A DNA stretch of 64,000 nucleotides from Cenococcum geophilum (taxonomy: Eukaryota): the NCBI GenBank assembly GCA_050273025.1, contig CP158635.1:30566001-30630000 (forward strand). Reading direction: 5' to 3'. Made by a program: the position numbers and the translations under genes. Each line of letters starts with the position of its first letter. Positions within the stretch are counted from its first letter, which is position 1. Below are positions 37,724 through 51,900 of this stretch, in pieces. The notes under the pieces are model-generated. The model saw only the letters and a program-made list of their open reading frames with translations. It ran no database searches and was not told where the DNA came from.

Positions 37724-39628
37724 CTACCAAATGTCAACTAGCTCGTCCTGTAAATCCAACCTTTTCATAGCCTCTCCGTGCATAATTCCATCGACATAGC
37801 AGTCACCAATGAGATTGTACTCGCAAATCCCATCACGCTCAGCGGGATTCTTGGACCTTGGGTTTTTGCGAAGGACAAACGGGACTTTGCCGCCAAAAAG
37901 GAGAAAGACGAAATCCCCTTGTTGTGTTTCAGGCGGACAAAGCCCAAAGGAGCCATCGTCGAGAATGAAGAATCGTTGACCGTGGCATGCCTTATTCAGA
38001 AGTTGATAATAACTGATGAATAAGGGCTTATCTAGAAGCGCCTGCAACATCGCCGGCTCCGACATGCTGCTGGAAGCAACTTCCCAAAGTATTTTAAGGC
38101 TTGCAATAAACAATCCTAAGGGAACATTCCGTTGGTCCTTGAATGTCTGGGTTTCAAAAGAAGTGATCATGCCGCAATCGACAATCAGCATCTTAGCAAA
38201 AGCTTCTTCAAATTCCTCCATTCCAATATCCTCAGACCGAGATGCAAGGACCTGTAAAGCGCAGTGCCACTCCAACAGGACCTTTTGTCCTTCGTGATGA
38301 CGATTGATACGGGGTCTTCTTCCATCTACATTTTGTGCAACATAGGGAGCGAAGATGAGTTGAACACGTGAAATGCGTTTGCCATCTAATCTGATCTCAT
38401 CCGGATTCTCAGGTTGCCAAACCGTTTGAAAGTTTGAGCCCGTTGTGGCAGCAAAGTCTGTCTCCGAGAAGCCGTAAGGGATTTGAGGTCGGCTAATAGT
38501 GACTTCATGATTCCAATCCGGTACCCAAGACGGCCAGCTAGCTTCGAGGTCATCCGCATTCGGCGGCCTCTTGTTCCTCGTCCCTGCACTGGAAAGGATG
38601 CCCAAAGGATTATCTGGAGGTCGTAGTGCATCGCCTCCCAGGAAAGCCAGCGCACCACGGATGAAGAAATCACGATAATCCTGAAACCCGGACCAAAAAT
38701 GAAGGTATATGTCAACCATCCTCATCACCTCCGTCTCGAACAATCCTAATAGAGCGAGGAACCTGTCTCGATCATCAGAACACTGAAACTGCCTCGTTGT
38801 CTCAAGCACAAAGAGAGGCCGAAAGCCCACGCGGTGCCCTTCATTTGACCGCTCCCTTTGCAGTCTCATCGTGATGACGTTGCTGTTGGATAGTAACTTG
38901 CTTCGTAGGGCGCCATCCGAGAATCGCTCAACTCTCCGCCATGGAAGGACGTAAGAGCCGCAAACAAAGATTGCCTCAAGTGAGAGAGCTGCCTCTTGCA
39001 CGACCCACAGCCGATTGAACCATGGTAGAGAGTAGTAACTATTGAACGCGTGAATATCCTGATCTGAGAGGTCGTTCCACCAATCCGATCTGAAACTATC
39101 CTCTATGGAGAGGGTTGTCTGGCGGATATCTTGAGTGGCATTGCCATCTTGATTGTTAACTGGTGTCTCTGAAAAAGGTTCATTGAAAGCCTCGTAATGT
39201 AACTGAACAGCTCTTTTGAGTTGATCTGTTTCCTCTCCTAGCCAGATAACTACCCGCGAACATCGCTCATAAATATGCCCCATCATGCATATCTGGTGAA
39301 CTTTCTCGCGATCATCTGACTGATTGATAGAGATCTGATCGATCCAGAGATTCCTTGGTTCCTCGTCGAGTTGGAATCGTTGTAGAGCGGCCATCAGGTT
39401 AGCTGTAATGGCTAAACTGCGTATTTCGCCTTCGTTGTATTCGTCCAAGCACTGGAGTTCACGATCTTGAATTTTTGTGCCCCACGTATAAGAAACGGCT
39501 TCATAAGCTGGAGCGTTTGCTAGAGGCACATGGATGATCTTGCACGTAACATATTGCCCTTTCTTGGGGAGAAGACGAACGAGCCGAATATCACTAGCAG
39601 GGTCGATAAGAGGAGTATACTGGTACAT
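37724..39628 (-). CDS. HET-domain (heterokaryon incompatibility HET-6-like) protein, 634 aa, intronless
   Basis: IRLVRLLP, YEAVSYTWG, LWIDQISINQSD..EK..QI..MGHIY, PWFNRLWVVQE, PSWVPDW, and C-terminal GGKVPFVLR...LIGDCYVDGIMHGE. Confidence 0.93.
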   Translation of the reverse strand: MYQYTPLIDPASDIRLVRLLPKKGQYVTCKIIHVPLANAPAYEAVSYTWGTKIQDRELQCLDEYNEGEIRSLAITANLMAALQRFQLDEEPRNLWIDQISINQSDDREKVHQICMMGHIYERCSRVVIWLGEETDQLKRAVQLHYEAFNEPFSETPVNNQDGNATQDIRQTTLSIEDSFRSDWWNDLSDQDIHAFNSYYSLPWFNRLWVVQEAALSLEAIFVCGSYVLPWRRVERFSDGALRSKLLSNSNVITMRLQRERSNEGHRVGFRPLFVLETTRQFQCSDDRDRFLALLGLFETEVMRMVDIYLHFWSGFQDYRDFFIRGALAFLGGDALRPPDNPLGILSSAGTRNKRPPNADDLEASWPSWVPDWNHEVTISRPQIPYGFSETDFAATTGSNFQTVWQPENPDEIRLDGKRISRVQLIFAPYVAQNVDGRRPRINRHHEGQKVLLEWHCALQVLASRSEDIGMEEFEEAFAKMLIVDCGMITSFETQTFKDQRNVPLGLFIASLKILWEVASSSMSEPAMLQALLDKPLFISYYQLLNKACHGQRFFILDDGSFGLCPPETQQGDFVFLLFGGKVPFVLRKNPRSKNPAERDGICEYNLIGDCYVDGIMHGEAMKRLDLQDELVDIW

Positions 39629-40327
39629 GACGCCGCGACGGGCTATGGACGAGCTGTGTTCAGGGTGTCTGCTGCCAACACGTTACGGATAAAGCGCGCC
39701 ACTATCGGTCAAAATCAAGGATATCTCACACCTATATCAAATTACAGATAAAGTTTAAACAAATAGAGGCTCAAATCTTATACAAGACTTACTCGTAGCG
39801 TGGGCTTGCGCGATAGATGGTGCGGGGATGATGAAAAATCTCCTGAGGTGAACGGGCGGGCGAACGAGGTTTAACTTAATATATATTATGGCTTGGTAAG
39901 CCGCATGACTTGGCAATTGATGTGCGAAGCTCAACTTTTAAGCATGTAGCAGTAGCATTATCCTTTCTAAGGTGTTGATGATGTTGGATTGTGAATCTTA
40001 TAAACCTCTATCCCTGAAAATGAGAGTGTAGGCTTGTGGCTGAAGGTGCACGGTGCATCGTGGCGCGTGGCGCGTCTACGTCATTCTCCCACAGCTCTTT
40101 GCTGTAACAAGCTTTGCAGCATCCGTTCTTGACGAAGGAATTTGAACGCCTGCGGTCAACACTTATTTATGAGCCTCTCTCGACCGAACACTATATCCAG
40201 CAGGTTCAGGAATACAAGAGAGTTCTATGTCATGACGTTCTCTTCGTTTCAGCTATCAATACTCTAATCATCCTCCCAAGGCTGCCATCGCCTCGCCGCC
40301 TTCTCTGATTAGTGTTTCCGAAATATC

Positions 40328-43300
40328 ATGGACATTCAAGCCGTTCTACACATGCCTGCCATGGCAGTCAATGCGGGTGACCAATTTTCAGCATTGAAGG
40401 AGAAGAAGGTAAGCGGATGTGATCTACATATAACCCTGTCTTTCTCCTGTCTTTGCTCATTCTACTGCTGCACTTTAAGGTTCTATGTGAAGATTTCCAA
40501 TTCAGCCTGTGGCATCTAAGATGATCTTCCGTACTCTTCCCTCCGCAGATATCACGATTATGTTCCTTTCTACTGTCCAACATGTCTATAAAACTTTCAG
40601 AAATCTTTAGTGCTACCAAGAATAGGCATGAAATTTCAAGATGTGTAGCGTCGAGTTATCATATCCCTTCCAATCTCCTCTCAGAGGACCCCCCACCATA
40701 CCTCCTACGAATAAAGACGAATCTCACATGTATTGGTGATAGTTCCCTGACTCAACTTCATTCTCCGCTATCCTTGCAACGTTTATTCCAACCTTTCTCA
40801 CCGCAGTCTTCTTCCTTGCAATCTTCATAGTCATTAGAAGCAGATATCCCGTAATCTATTCGCCGCGTACCTACATTGGTGTAGTGCCTGAAAAGTCTGT
40901 ATGCTCCCTCTTTCTATACTAACCATCACTGACAACTCTTAGACACCGTACGCCATCCGCAAGCCGCTCAAAATTTGACTGGGTCCATACTCTAAGAGTA
41001 GTGGACGACAAATTTGTCCTCCATCACCAGTCGCTTGATGGATATCTCTATCTCCGATTTCTTCGTACCATTATTTTAATCTGCATAGCTGGTTGCTGTA
41101 TTACTTGGCCAATCTTGTTTCCGGTGAACTCAACTGGAGGAGGGAACTCTTCGCAATTGGACAAAATTGGATTTAGCAATGTTGCCAAAAAGAACCACCT
41201 ATATGCGCATGCTGTGGTAGCCTGGCTCTTCTTCGGTAAGTCATGGGGTTATCTGACGGGAATTTCTTAGTGTCTTACATATTATTCAGGATTTATTATG
41301 TTCCTTGTGGCCCGTGAACGAATATGGCTCATCGGCTTACGTCAGGCCTGGCATCTCTCAAAATCTAATGCTGCTCGTTTATCTTCACGAACGGTTCTAT
41401 TTCTCTCGGCTCCTAAAGAAGCACTGAATCCAGATAATCTACATCGCTTCTTCGGAAATGATGCTAAAAGACTCTGGGCAGTCACTAAGGCTGATGATTT
41501 GGAGTCACTTGTAGCCGATCATAACCAGAAGGTCTCACTGCTTGAATCCGCTGAAGTCACCTTGTCACGGAAAGCCAATAAGAAAAGGCTTCAAAGTCTT
41601 CGGAAAGGCTCTGATAATGGGAGCCAGCTAGATTACGATAACCTTCTAGAAACAGTGAATAAATCTTTGAGGCCAACACATCGGTTGACAGTTCCTGTTG
41701 CTAAGAAGGTCGATACGATAGAATGGGCAAGAGAACAAGTAACCGAAAAAGCGGCCAAAGTAGAAAAGGCTCGCGAATCATATACTGCTCCGCACAGCCA
41801 TCTCGGTGCTGCAGCCTTTGTTGAGTTTGAAACGCAAGCTGCCGCCCAGAAAGCATATCAGCAACTACCATCTTCTCGAATACTTACAATGAATCCGAGG
41901 TTCATTGGAGTAGAGCCAAAGGAAGTTATCTGGAAGAACCTAACTATTACTCCTGCCGGCCGAATCTCTCAGAGTTACATTGCGAATGCCTTTGTTGCGG
42001 CTATTATTATATTCTGGTCTATCCCGATTGCTATTGTTGGAGCCCTCTCTAATATCAATTACCTCACTGACAAAGTCAAATTTCTCGACTTCATCCACAA
42101 TTTGCCTGATCCTATACTAGGGCTCCTCACTGGCTTGTTACCTCCATTATTATTGAGTTTATTTGTGTCTTACGTGCCGTATTTCTTCCGATGTGAGTTT
42201 GCACTGGCATATTCTAACATATATACTAAGAATATTGTCAGACATTGCCAAATCATCTGGACAACCAACCAACACCCAGGCCGAGCTACAAACTCAGACG
42301 TGGTTCTTCGCCTTCCAAGTAATACAGGTCTTCCTAGTTACTACATTTACGTCCGGCGCTGCAGCAGTTGTTACTAAGATTATACAAGAGCCAACTATGG
42401 TTCCTACATTACTCGCCGAAAACTTACCTAAGGCTTCAAATTTCTACCTTACATACTTCATCCTGCAAGGTACGGCTTCCGCAGCCCAAAATGTCCTGAA
42501 CTACTCCGACCTCTTCGAATACCTCTTCTACGACTTGTTCTTGGACAAGACGCCGCGTGAGAAATATAGCCGATACACGAGCATGAAGGGAATCGGATGG
42601 GGCAAAGTATATCCAAAGTTCACGAACATGGCTATCATAGGTATGAAGCGCATATATTCATTATGAGGTCTTCAAATAGGAGACACCTCACTAACTGCCA
42701 TCCAGCTATCGCTTACTCCTGCATTGCGCCGCTCGTCCTCGGCTTCGCTGCCATTGGCCTCTTCTTATACTACCTCAGCTACCGATACAACCTCCTCTTT
42801 GTTATCCAAACCAAAATCGATAGCAAAGGCCAGTTCTACACACGCGCGCTGCAACAACTCCTCACAGGCGTCTACATTGCCGAACTATGTCTAATCGGTC
42901 TCTTCGGCGCCCGCAAAGCCACCGGCCCGTCTATTCTCATCGCCATCCTATTCCTAGGTACCGTCGTCTATAACTATACGATGAACCGTCACCTCGGCCC
43001 GTTGGAAACATTTCTCCCAGCCGATCTGCAGAACGAGGATGACGATGAAGATACACCGCTACTAGCAGCCGCTGAAGAGGGCGCAGCAACTGAATCGCGC
43101 GTCCAACGTATTGGCCAGGAAATTAGGGTCCCGAAACAGGTCATCGAACCTCTCGCAAGCTTCTTTGAACCCCACATTTTCGCTTCGCACAAGGCGATGA
43201 AGGCTTGGCTTGCTTCCTCGCACGATGACGAGGAGGATCCACCGCAGTACTCGGATGAGGAGCTTAGAACAGCGTATCTTAACCCGGTGTTCACGTCCAA

Positions 43301-43484
43301 GACGCCAAAGGTGTGGCTTGCGAGGGATGAGATAGGGGTTAGTAAGCAGGAGGTTCGGGAGAATGAGGCAGTGGGGATTCCGGCGACAGATGAGGGGGCG
43401 TGGTTGGATGAGAAGAACAGGGTCAGGTGGGATGAGGAGGGGTTTAGGAATGTGCCGGTTTTCAAGGTGCCGGTGAAGTACTAG
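40328..43484 (+). CDS. CSC1/OSCA1-family (DUF221, PHM7/RSN1-like) calcium-permeable channel, ~5 introns
   Basis: IYSPRT, SLDGYLYLRFLR, ILFPVNSTGGG..QLD, SSRTVLF, AAFVEF, IIFWSIP, FAFQVIQVFLV, LPKASNFYLTY, YSCIAPLVLGF, YRYNLLFV, AYLNP. First exon (40328-40408, then intron to 40742) is inferred from frame fit, so the start is less certain. Confidence 0.9.
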
Positions 43485-43665
43485 AATGAAGAGGTTGTTG
43501 GAGTGGAGAAGTGGAGAAGTAGAGACGAGAGTGAGTGAAGACTGACTAGATTGAAACTGGATATCAAATATATGACGCACTGAAAGAGACAAATCTTCTT
43601 CAACTCGTGACATGGCGCCCTACCACTAAGCACACCCTCCCCTACAAACTCTTTATACTGAACAC

Positions 43666-44020
43666 TCACGCCAACTTCGCCAACACCGGCGCCACACACT
43701 TCCCCACCACATCCAACACTCCCGGCCTCCCTCCCGCCTGCTTATCCAGCACCGCCGGCGCCGCACCCACAATCAACACGCGCAGAAGCAGACCTGCCTT
43801 CCCGACCCTCCTCCCCTTGATCTTTTGGTCCTGCAGCCGTTCTCCACGCTTGAGCCCCAGCATGTTTTTGACCGCGACTTTCGGTACGTGTTTTGCGTCG
43901 AAGGGCGGGTAGCGGAATGCGAGAAGCGCGTCGAGCTAGGTGCGGAAGCCGTGTGGGCCGTGGTAGGAGCTGTAGCCGGGCTCGCCGACGCCGCCGGAGG
44001 GCGCAGTGGGGACGCCCGCG
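43666..44020 (-). pseudogene. 3' fragment of a class-3/fatty aldehyde dehydrogenase (HFD1/ylo-1-like)
   Basis: Minus frame reads AGVPTAPSGGVGEPGYSSYHGPHGFRT*LDALLAFRYPPF... then a hydrophobic tail, matching the ALDH3 C-terminal FGGVGESG.G.YHG..GF and RYPP motifs. One in-frame stop; the 5' part is replaced by transposon DNA. Confidence 0.7.
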
Positions 44021-44762
44021 CAGCGATTGTATTGGACTGGGGTAATGTTGGAGCTCTAATTCTATACCCGAATCGGAAGGAGGTTAAGGAAGGAAGGACC
44101 AAAATGTATTAATGCGGATATTAAGGACTAGTAGAGCTAATCGTTAACTCTAGCGGTAAGCGTCTGCCTAAAAAAAGCGTGTATTATTAGTATGGAATTG
44201 GGGACAACTTATTATTGTCGCGTCGTTGCTACTACTTCTACCGTCCGACCTTATTTTCTCTTACCTACTTGCTACCGCTATAGAGCGGTTTTATCCTCAA
44301 CTCCGTACCTCTATTATATCTAACGACGTTATCTTTACACCGGAGTGACTTAACGAGAAGGCAGAAGGCCAGGTGGAGTTTAAAGAGTTTAAGCCATTGG
44401 ACAAGCAGTATATTCGCTGTAAGGACTTAATAAAGGGACTAAAGAATACTAAGCCGCGATTATCGCCAATTTAGAAGTAGGGGGAGGATATATAGGAGAA
44501 GGATAATACTACTAAGACGTAGTACTTCTATTGCTAAAATAATCTTAATTACTAACTATAAAAGCTATATTAAAAAGCCTCTAAGCTAAAAGCCTCTAAG
44601 CCAACAGCTTCTAAATTGAAAGCTTCTAAAGATACTCCCTCTAAATTAAATCCGGGCTTTAAATTAGACCTTTAAATCAAAGCTTTAAATCGTGGCTCAG
44701 ATGGAGCTTGATCACGATATTTCGATTAGGCAAGGTTTGGGTTTGGTTCATTTAGTCCGTTA

Positions 44763-45254
44763 CAGTGATGTGCACGACCAGCTTCACCCCCCCCTCTTAG
44801 CGAGTTGCAAATTCGGTACGCGCATCCAATTTCGCCTGATTGCCACCAGCTGTACATAGTAATTGTAACGAAGCCGTATGGTTGGCTACAAGAACATTAC
44901 TTCTGGCGGCCTTCCTCCGTAGTGTCGTGATCTTTGTCAAATATCGTGAGGCTTCCACCCGTATAATATTGCCAAATTTCGTTAACCTCTCTGCAGAGAC
45001 AGCGTTGTATTCGCGTTTTGGCGGGCATAATGGAGGCATAGTTAAGGGGAGAAAAGGAAGCGTCGTCTTTAATTTGATTCTCCTGGCCAACCAGGGCGAT
45101 TCTCCAGGGCAACCAAAAAGGACCTTGCGTGCAGCCACAGCCGTTCGCTACAATTACTATGTACAGCTGGTGGCAACCAGGCGAAATTGGATGCGCGTAC
45201 CGAATCTGCAACTCGCTAAGAGGGGGGGGGTGAAGCTGGTCGTGCACATCACTG
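44763..45254. mobile_element. MITE 1 (Tc1/mariner-type, TA TSD)
   Basis: ~110-bp TIRs starting CAGTGATGTGCACGACCAGC; TA at 44761-44762 and 45255-45256. Confidence 0.92.
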
Positions 45255-45378
45255 TATAGGCGACACCTTTAGCTTAGTATGAGCCGCCTATACGGCGGCT
45301 ATAGTGGAGCGAGCCTCACCTCTTATATCGTACCAATCCTACGCGACTAGGGAATCGAAAATTGGACTGGCTACTTTA

Positions 45379-45870
45379 CAGCCTGTTGCACGACCAGCTT
45401 CACCCCCCCTTTTAGCGAGTGCTCCAAAATTTCAAATTCGGTACGCGCATCCAATCTCGCAAGTAATTGTAGCGAACGGCTGTGGCTACACGCAAGGACC
45501 TTTTTGGTTGCCATGGAGAATCGCCTTGGTTGGCCAGGAAAATCAAATTAAAGACGTACGCTTCCTCTTCTCCCCCTTAACTACGCCTCCCGTTGTGGCC
45601 GCCAAAACGCGAATACAACGCTGTTTCTGCAGAGAGGTCGATGAAATTTGGCAGTGTCGTACGGGTAAAAACCTTACGACATATGACAAAAATCACGGCA
45701 CTGTGGAGGAAGGCCTCCAGAAATAAAGTTCTTGCAGCCAAGCATATGGCTTCGCTACAATTACTACGTACAGCTGGTGGCAACCAGGCGAAATTGGATG
45801 CGCGTAGCGAATTTGAAATATCACAGCGCTCGCCAAACGGGGGGGGTGAAGCTGGTCGTGCAACAGGCTG
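45379..45870. mobile_element. MITE 2 (related to MITE 1, opposite orientation, TA TSD)
   Basis: TIRs starting CAGCCTGTTGCACGACCAGC; TA at 45377-45378 and 45871-45872. Removing it plus one TA restores the hAT frame GGC TAC TTT ATA ACG GAT AAC. Confidence 0.93.
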
Positions 45871-47551
45871 TATAACGGATAACGAACTGCCGAACGGCAC
45901 ATTAATCGACTATATCCTAGGCGAAATTAAGCCGACCTACAAAAAGGCCGACCGACCTAAGCGCTAGATATACTGTTTTCCCTATACGCTAAACCTCGTC
46001 GCCTAAGCGTTTATAATTGGCGAAAATCCGAAGTTATTTAAGGTAAATGTTTACGGAGCAGAACTTCGTAACGACTTAGAGGAGCTATAGAAAATTTGGC
46101 GAACCCGCAGCTTTATCGGCAAACTTATAAATATTATTGGCTCTATCTGACGAAGTCCAAAACAACGTATGGTATTTGAGAGAATTAAGGTTGACGGATG
46201 CGGTAATATTAAATGACTAGGTGCAGAGGATATTGAGGACGAACGATAGCTTGAGGTAAGAGGTTAGCGCGTCTTTATATTACCCGCTAACGGTTTCTCT
46301 AGCTTATTGCGAGTAATAAGACCCGCTGGAACTCGACCCTTATGATGCTTGAACGCGGTAAATAGTGTTAAACACGCCTATAAGCCTGCTGTAGTAACCG
46401 GCGCCCGGAGGAGGGGACAGAAAACTAGGATAACGATAATAGCTACGATCTACGGGAGGATATCTTATCGCCGGAGGAATGGGAAGGCGTGAGTAAGGTT
46501 ATTAAGGTGTTAAAGCCTCTCTTGCATTATACAAAACTGGCTGAGCGGCGGGATACTGGTCTCTAGGATTGGGTGCTAATTGCCGACGCACTAATAACAC
46601 ACTTCTATGAGGCTAGTCAGCGGTCTAAGTCGAGGGCTAATAAAGGTCCGGTATACGAGTGGCTCTATATTTGCTGCGAGAAGGCGTAGGAGAAACTTAC
46701 TAACTACTATTAGCTAGCTGATAAGTTCCCTGTTTACTACGCGGCAATGGTTATGGACCCTAGCTTAAAGTACGAGTGGTTCGAACAGAAATGGGATGAG
46801 CCTCCGAAGTGCAACTGGATTCCTAAAGTCAAATCTATGGTCAGTAACTACTGGAAGCGGTGGCAAAAGACGCTAGAAAAACTGCCTATACCCCAGCAGG
46901 TACCTCCGCGGCGTCAGCACAACGATACTTTAGACGAAGATGGCCATAAGCGTATCTCGTACGCATCAGTAAAGCCTCACTCTCAAGCTAATGCATTTAC
47001 GCAATACTGCGCCGAGGATGCTATTGAAGACTTTAAGCTGTCGGATTGGAAGGCAATGGAAAGAAAACAGCCATATCTTGTTGTTCAATTTGCGGTGGAC
47101 CATACTCCCAATTTCGATATCTAATTGCGAGCGGTCATTCAGTAGTGCCAAGTTTACATTAAATCCGCTTCGGGCATGTATGAAGTCAAATCTTTTCGAA
47201 GCGCTAGAGACGCTACGGGCATGGTATTTGTAGAAGCTGCAGGATGATGATAGGAGCAGAAGGAGATCGAATAGAAGGAGCTAGAGGTGACATCTCAAGC
47301 TCTTGAGGGTTATGGCATGGATAGAGATGCAGAATTGTAGCCGTTGTATGCAGAATTGTTAGAATTCAGACAAAATTCGGGCAAACCACTGCGGACCAAG
47401 CCAGACCAAGCCAGACCGGGCCGGCTTGGTGTTTGGCTTGGTTTGGTTTGACTAACCGAATCAAGTCAAGTTTGACTAAACCTCAGCCTGGCTTGACGTA
47501 TTGGGAGCCCTGCGCGGAGGCCATTGCCGGCTCGGCGCAATGATTCTATTC

Positions 47552-49952
<2,401 letters not shown>

Positions 49953-50199
49953 AATTGCAATGACGGATTGAAGGCAGGGAAAATCCGTGGTAGGAATTTG
50001 GACGGCTACTTGGAGCTTGAGATTTTGATGCGGCACAGAAATGACTCACAATTTGTCCCCGCATGCTTGCTCATTACCTCAGCAAGCTCAGACCATAACG
50101 TAGTCTGCGGGCAAGTGGCCATTGCGGGCATATGGCCCACCTCAAAACTCACCATAAATTAGAAAATTTATACCTTAATATCTTAAAAACTACTTTATA

Positions 50200-50422
50200 A
50201 TAAATTTTAATAATTTCGATTTAAACTTTTATATACACTCTATAGCTTCTATTGAAAGTTTTATATTAAATAGTTTAGTAGTTTTTAAGATATAGTAATT
50301 TAGCTTTGTTTTAGCCCCTAAATTTTAATATCTTAAAAACTACTAAACTCTTTACTATAAAACTTTAATAGAAGCTATAGAGTATATACAAAAGTCTAAA
50401 TCTAAATTATTAAAGCTATTTA
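50200..50422. repeat. AT-rich imperfect inverted repeat (MITE-like hairpin relic)
   Basis: ~90-bp arms (~50200-50293 and ~50328-50422), e.g. ACTCTATAGCTTCTATT versus AATAGAAGCTATAGAGT. Confidence 0.75.
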
Positions 50423-50456
50423 TGTAAGGCCTAGGGCTATATATAGGCTTTAAAAT

Positions 50457-51092
50457 AAGGTGACTACTATTCATACACCCCTAAATGCCACACGTACACC
50501 CCCTGCCTCATTTGGTTTGGATGCTTCCTCATTCAGTTAGAACACCACGTGCGTTTGGCTTGTTTGCACCTGCATCGCGAAAATCAAAGTGCGCGCCATG
50601 TAAGTTCCACAACCGCGACACCACGATTAAGTCTGAATTTTAGTTATAGTACAAGTAGTAGAGTCTAAATTGGATTTGGAACGCCAAAGGAGCGATTAAT
50701 TAGATTACGTAGTGCTTTATAAGACGTCGCGTGAACTAATTTAGGTGCCTCCGCGCCCACACCCGCGCCTAAGCCCGCGCCCGCGCCTGCGCCCGGTAGG
50801 AGTCTGGCCAGTATTTCGCTTAAATACTGAGGGCTCTCTACAAGTAAATTTGTCGACGCGATTGGCAATTATAGAGCTAGTTATAGAGCCAATTGACCAA
50901 CCGCGGCGACGCTCTATAATTGCAGGCTCTTGGATACGAAGTTGAAGTGGTAATTTGGATGGGCGCACACTTTGATTTTCGCGATGCAGGCGCAAACAAG
51001 TCAAACGCACGTGATGTTCAAACTTAAATAGGGAAGCGTCCAAACCAAATAAGGTAGCATATCAATTGGGGTGTATGAATAGTGGTCACCTT
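50457..51092. mobile_element. Non-autonomous TIR element (~135-bp TIRs; possibly Mutator-like)
   Basis: Ends AAGGTGACTACTATTCATACACCCC and GGGGTGTATGAATAGTGGTCACCTT; inner arms TGCATCGCGAAAATCAAAGTG and CACTTTGATTTTCGCGATGCA. No clean TSD. Confidence 0.75.
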
Positions 51093-51442
51093 TAGATATG
51101 GGCGCGTCGCGGACTGATGTAGATGCAAACAACATAAATTCACGTGGTATTCTAACTTGATCAGGAAGGAACTAAACTCAATCGGTAGGGGGTGTCCGCA
51201 TATCAATTAGGGGGTGCTCCGCTACCGTTGTCCTAAAATTAACTATTGCGATACGCGTTTAGAGCTAATAGGTATCGACCCTCTTTTTTCTAAAGATAAA
51301 ACTTAAGCGGCTACTTTAAACGGGCTTAACGGAATTAGTAATTATATATTGCTCTTATAGCTTTTAGAACCTATATTAATATTATACTTTAATCTTAAAT
51401 AGCTAATAATATAATCATTACTATTAATTGTAAGTAAAGAAC

Positions 51443-51900
51443 TGTAAGAGTACATATATTGGATCCCGCCACGCTTACGACAAGTTCGCAAGCACTCTCT
51501 GTCTTTTTGGCCGTATGGCGACGTGGAGGCGGGCCACGTTACAATTGTGCTTGCGAACTTACTGGAGCCAGGTATGGTCCGTCGCTGGGTGGGTCGTAGC
51601 TTCGACTCCCGACGGTCGTATGCTTCGCTCTGGTACAGTCTAACGCGCATCCGTGCGAAGAGGCGTCGGCTGTGTCCGATACGGCTTGAGTTTCAAGCGG
51701 CCTTCGTTACTGGGGACTCCCAATATATGGTGCGACTCTTAGTGTGTGGACCCCCTGCGGCTTGGCGTTCGAGGACGAACGCGCAGAGGGGAGGGCAATT
51801 GTAAGAGTACATATATTGGATCCCGCCACGCTTACGACAAGTTCGCAAGCACTCTCTGTCTTTTTGGCCGTATGGCGACGTGCGGGCGGGACACGTTACA
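51443..51900 (+). mobile_element. TRIM (terminal-repeat retrotransposon in miniature), 458 bp
   Basis: 101-bp LTRs at 51443-51543 and 51800-51900 (TGTAA...TTACA, 3 mismatches); TSD AGAAC at 51438-51442 and 51901-51905; PPT AGAGGGGAGGGCAA before the 3' LTR; 256-bp internal region with no retroelement domains recognised. Confidence 0.93.

Larger units (their letters stand above)
44100..47512 (+). mobile_element. hAT-superfamily DNA transposon relic (transposase pseudogene), interrupted by two MITEs
   Basis: SPIW...YFYC BED-like start ~44460; LYGG(H)SG ~45290; GYFITDN restored once MITE 2 is removed; CFP(H)TLNL ~45975; intron 46256-46302; NKTRWNS; AMVMDP; CERSFSSA ~47130. Right end ...TTGGGAGCCCTG at 47512 after CCAAG/CTTGG subterminal repeats. 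Left end not resolved. Confidence 0.85.

Noticed and set aside
44797..45967. Several 70-140 aa ORFs on both strands
   Set aside because: They fall inside the two MITEs and mirror each other because of the inverted repeats; no protein motifs recognised.
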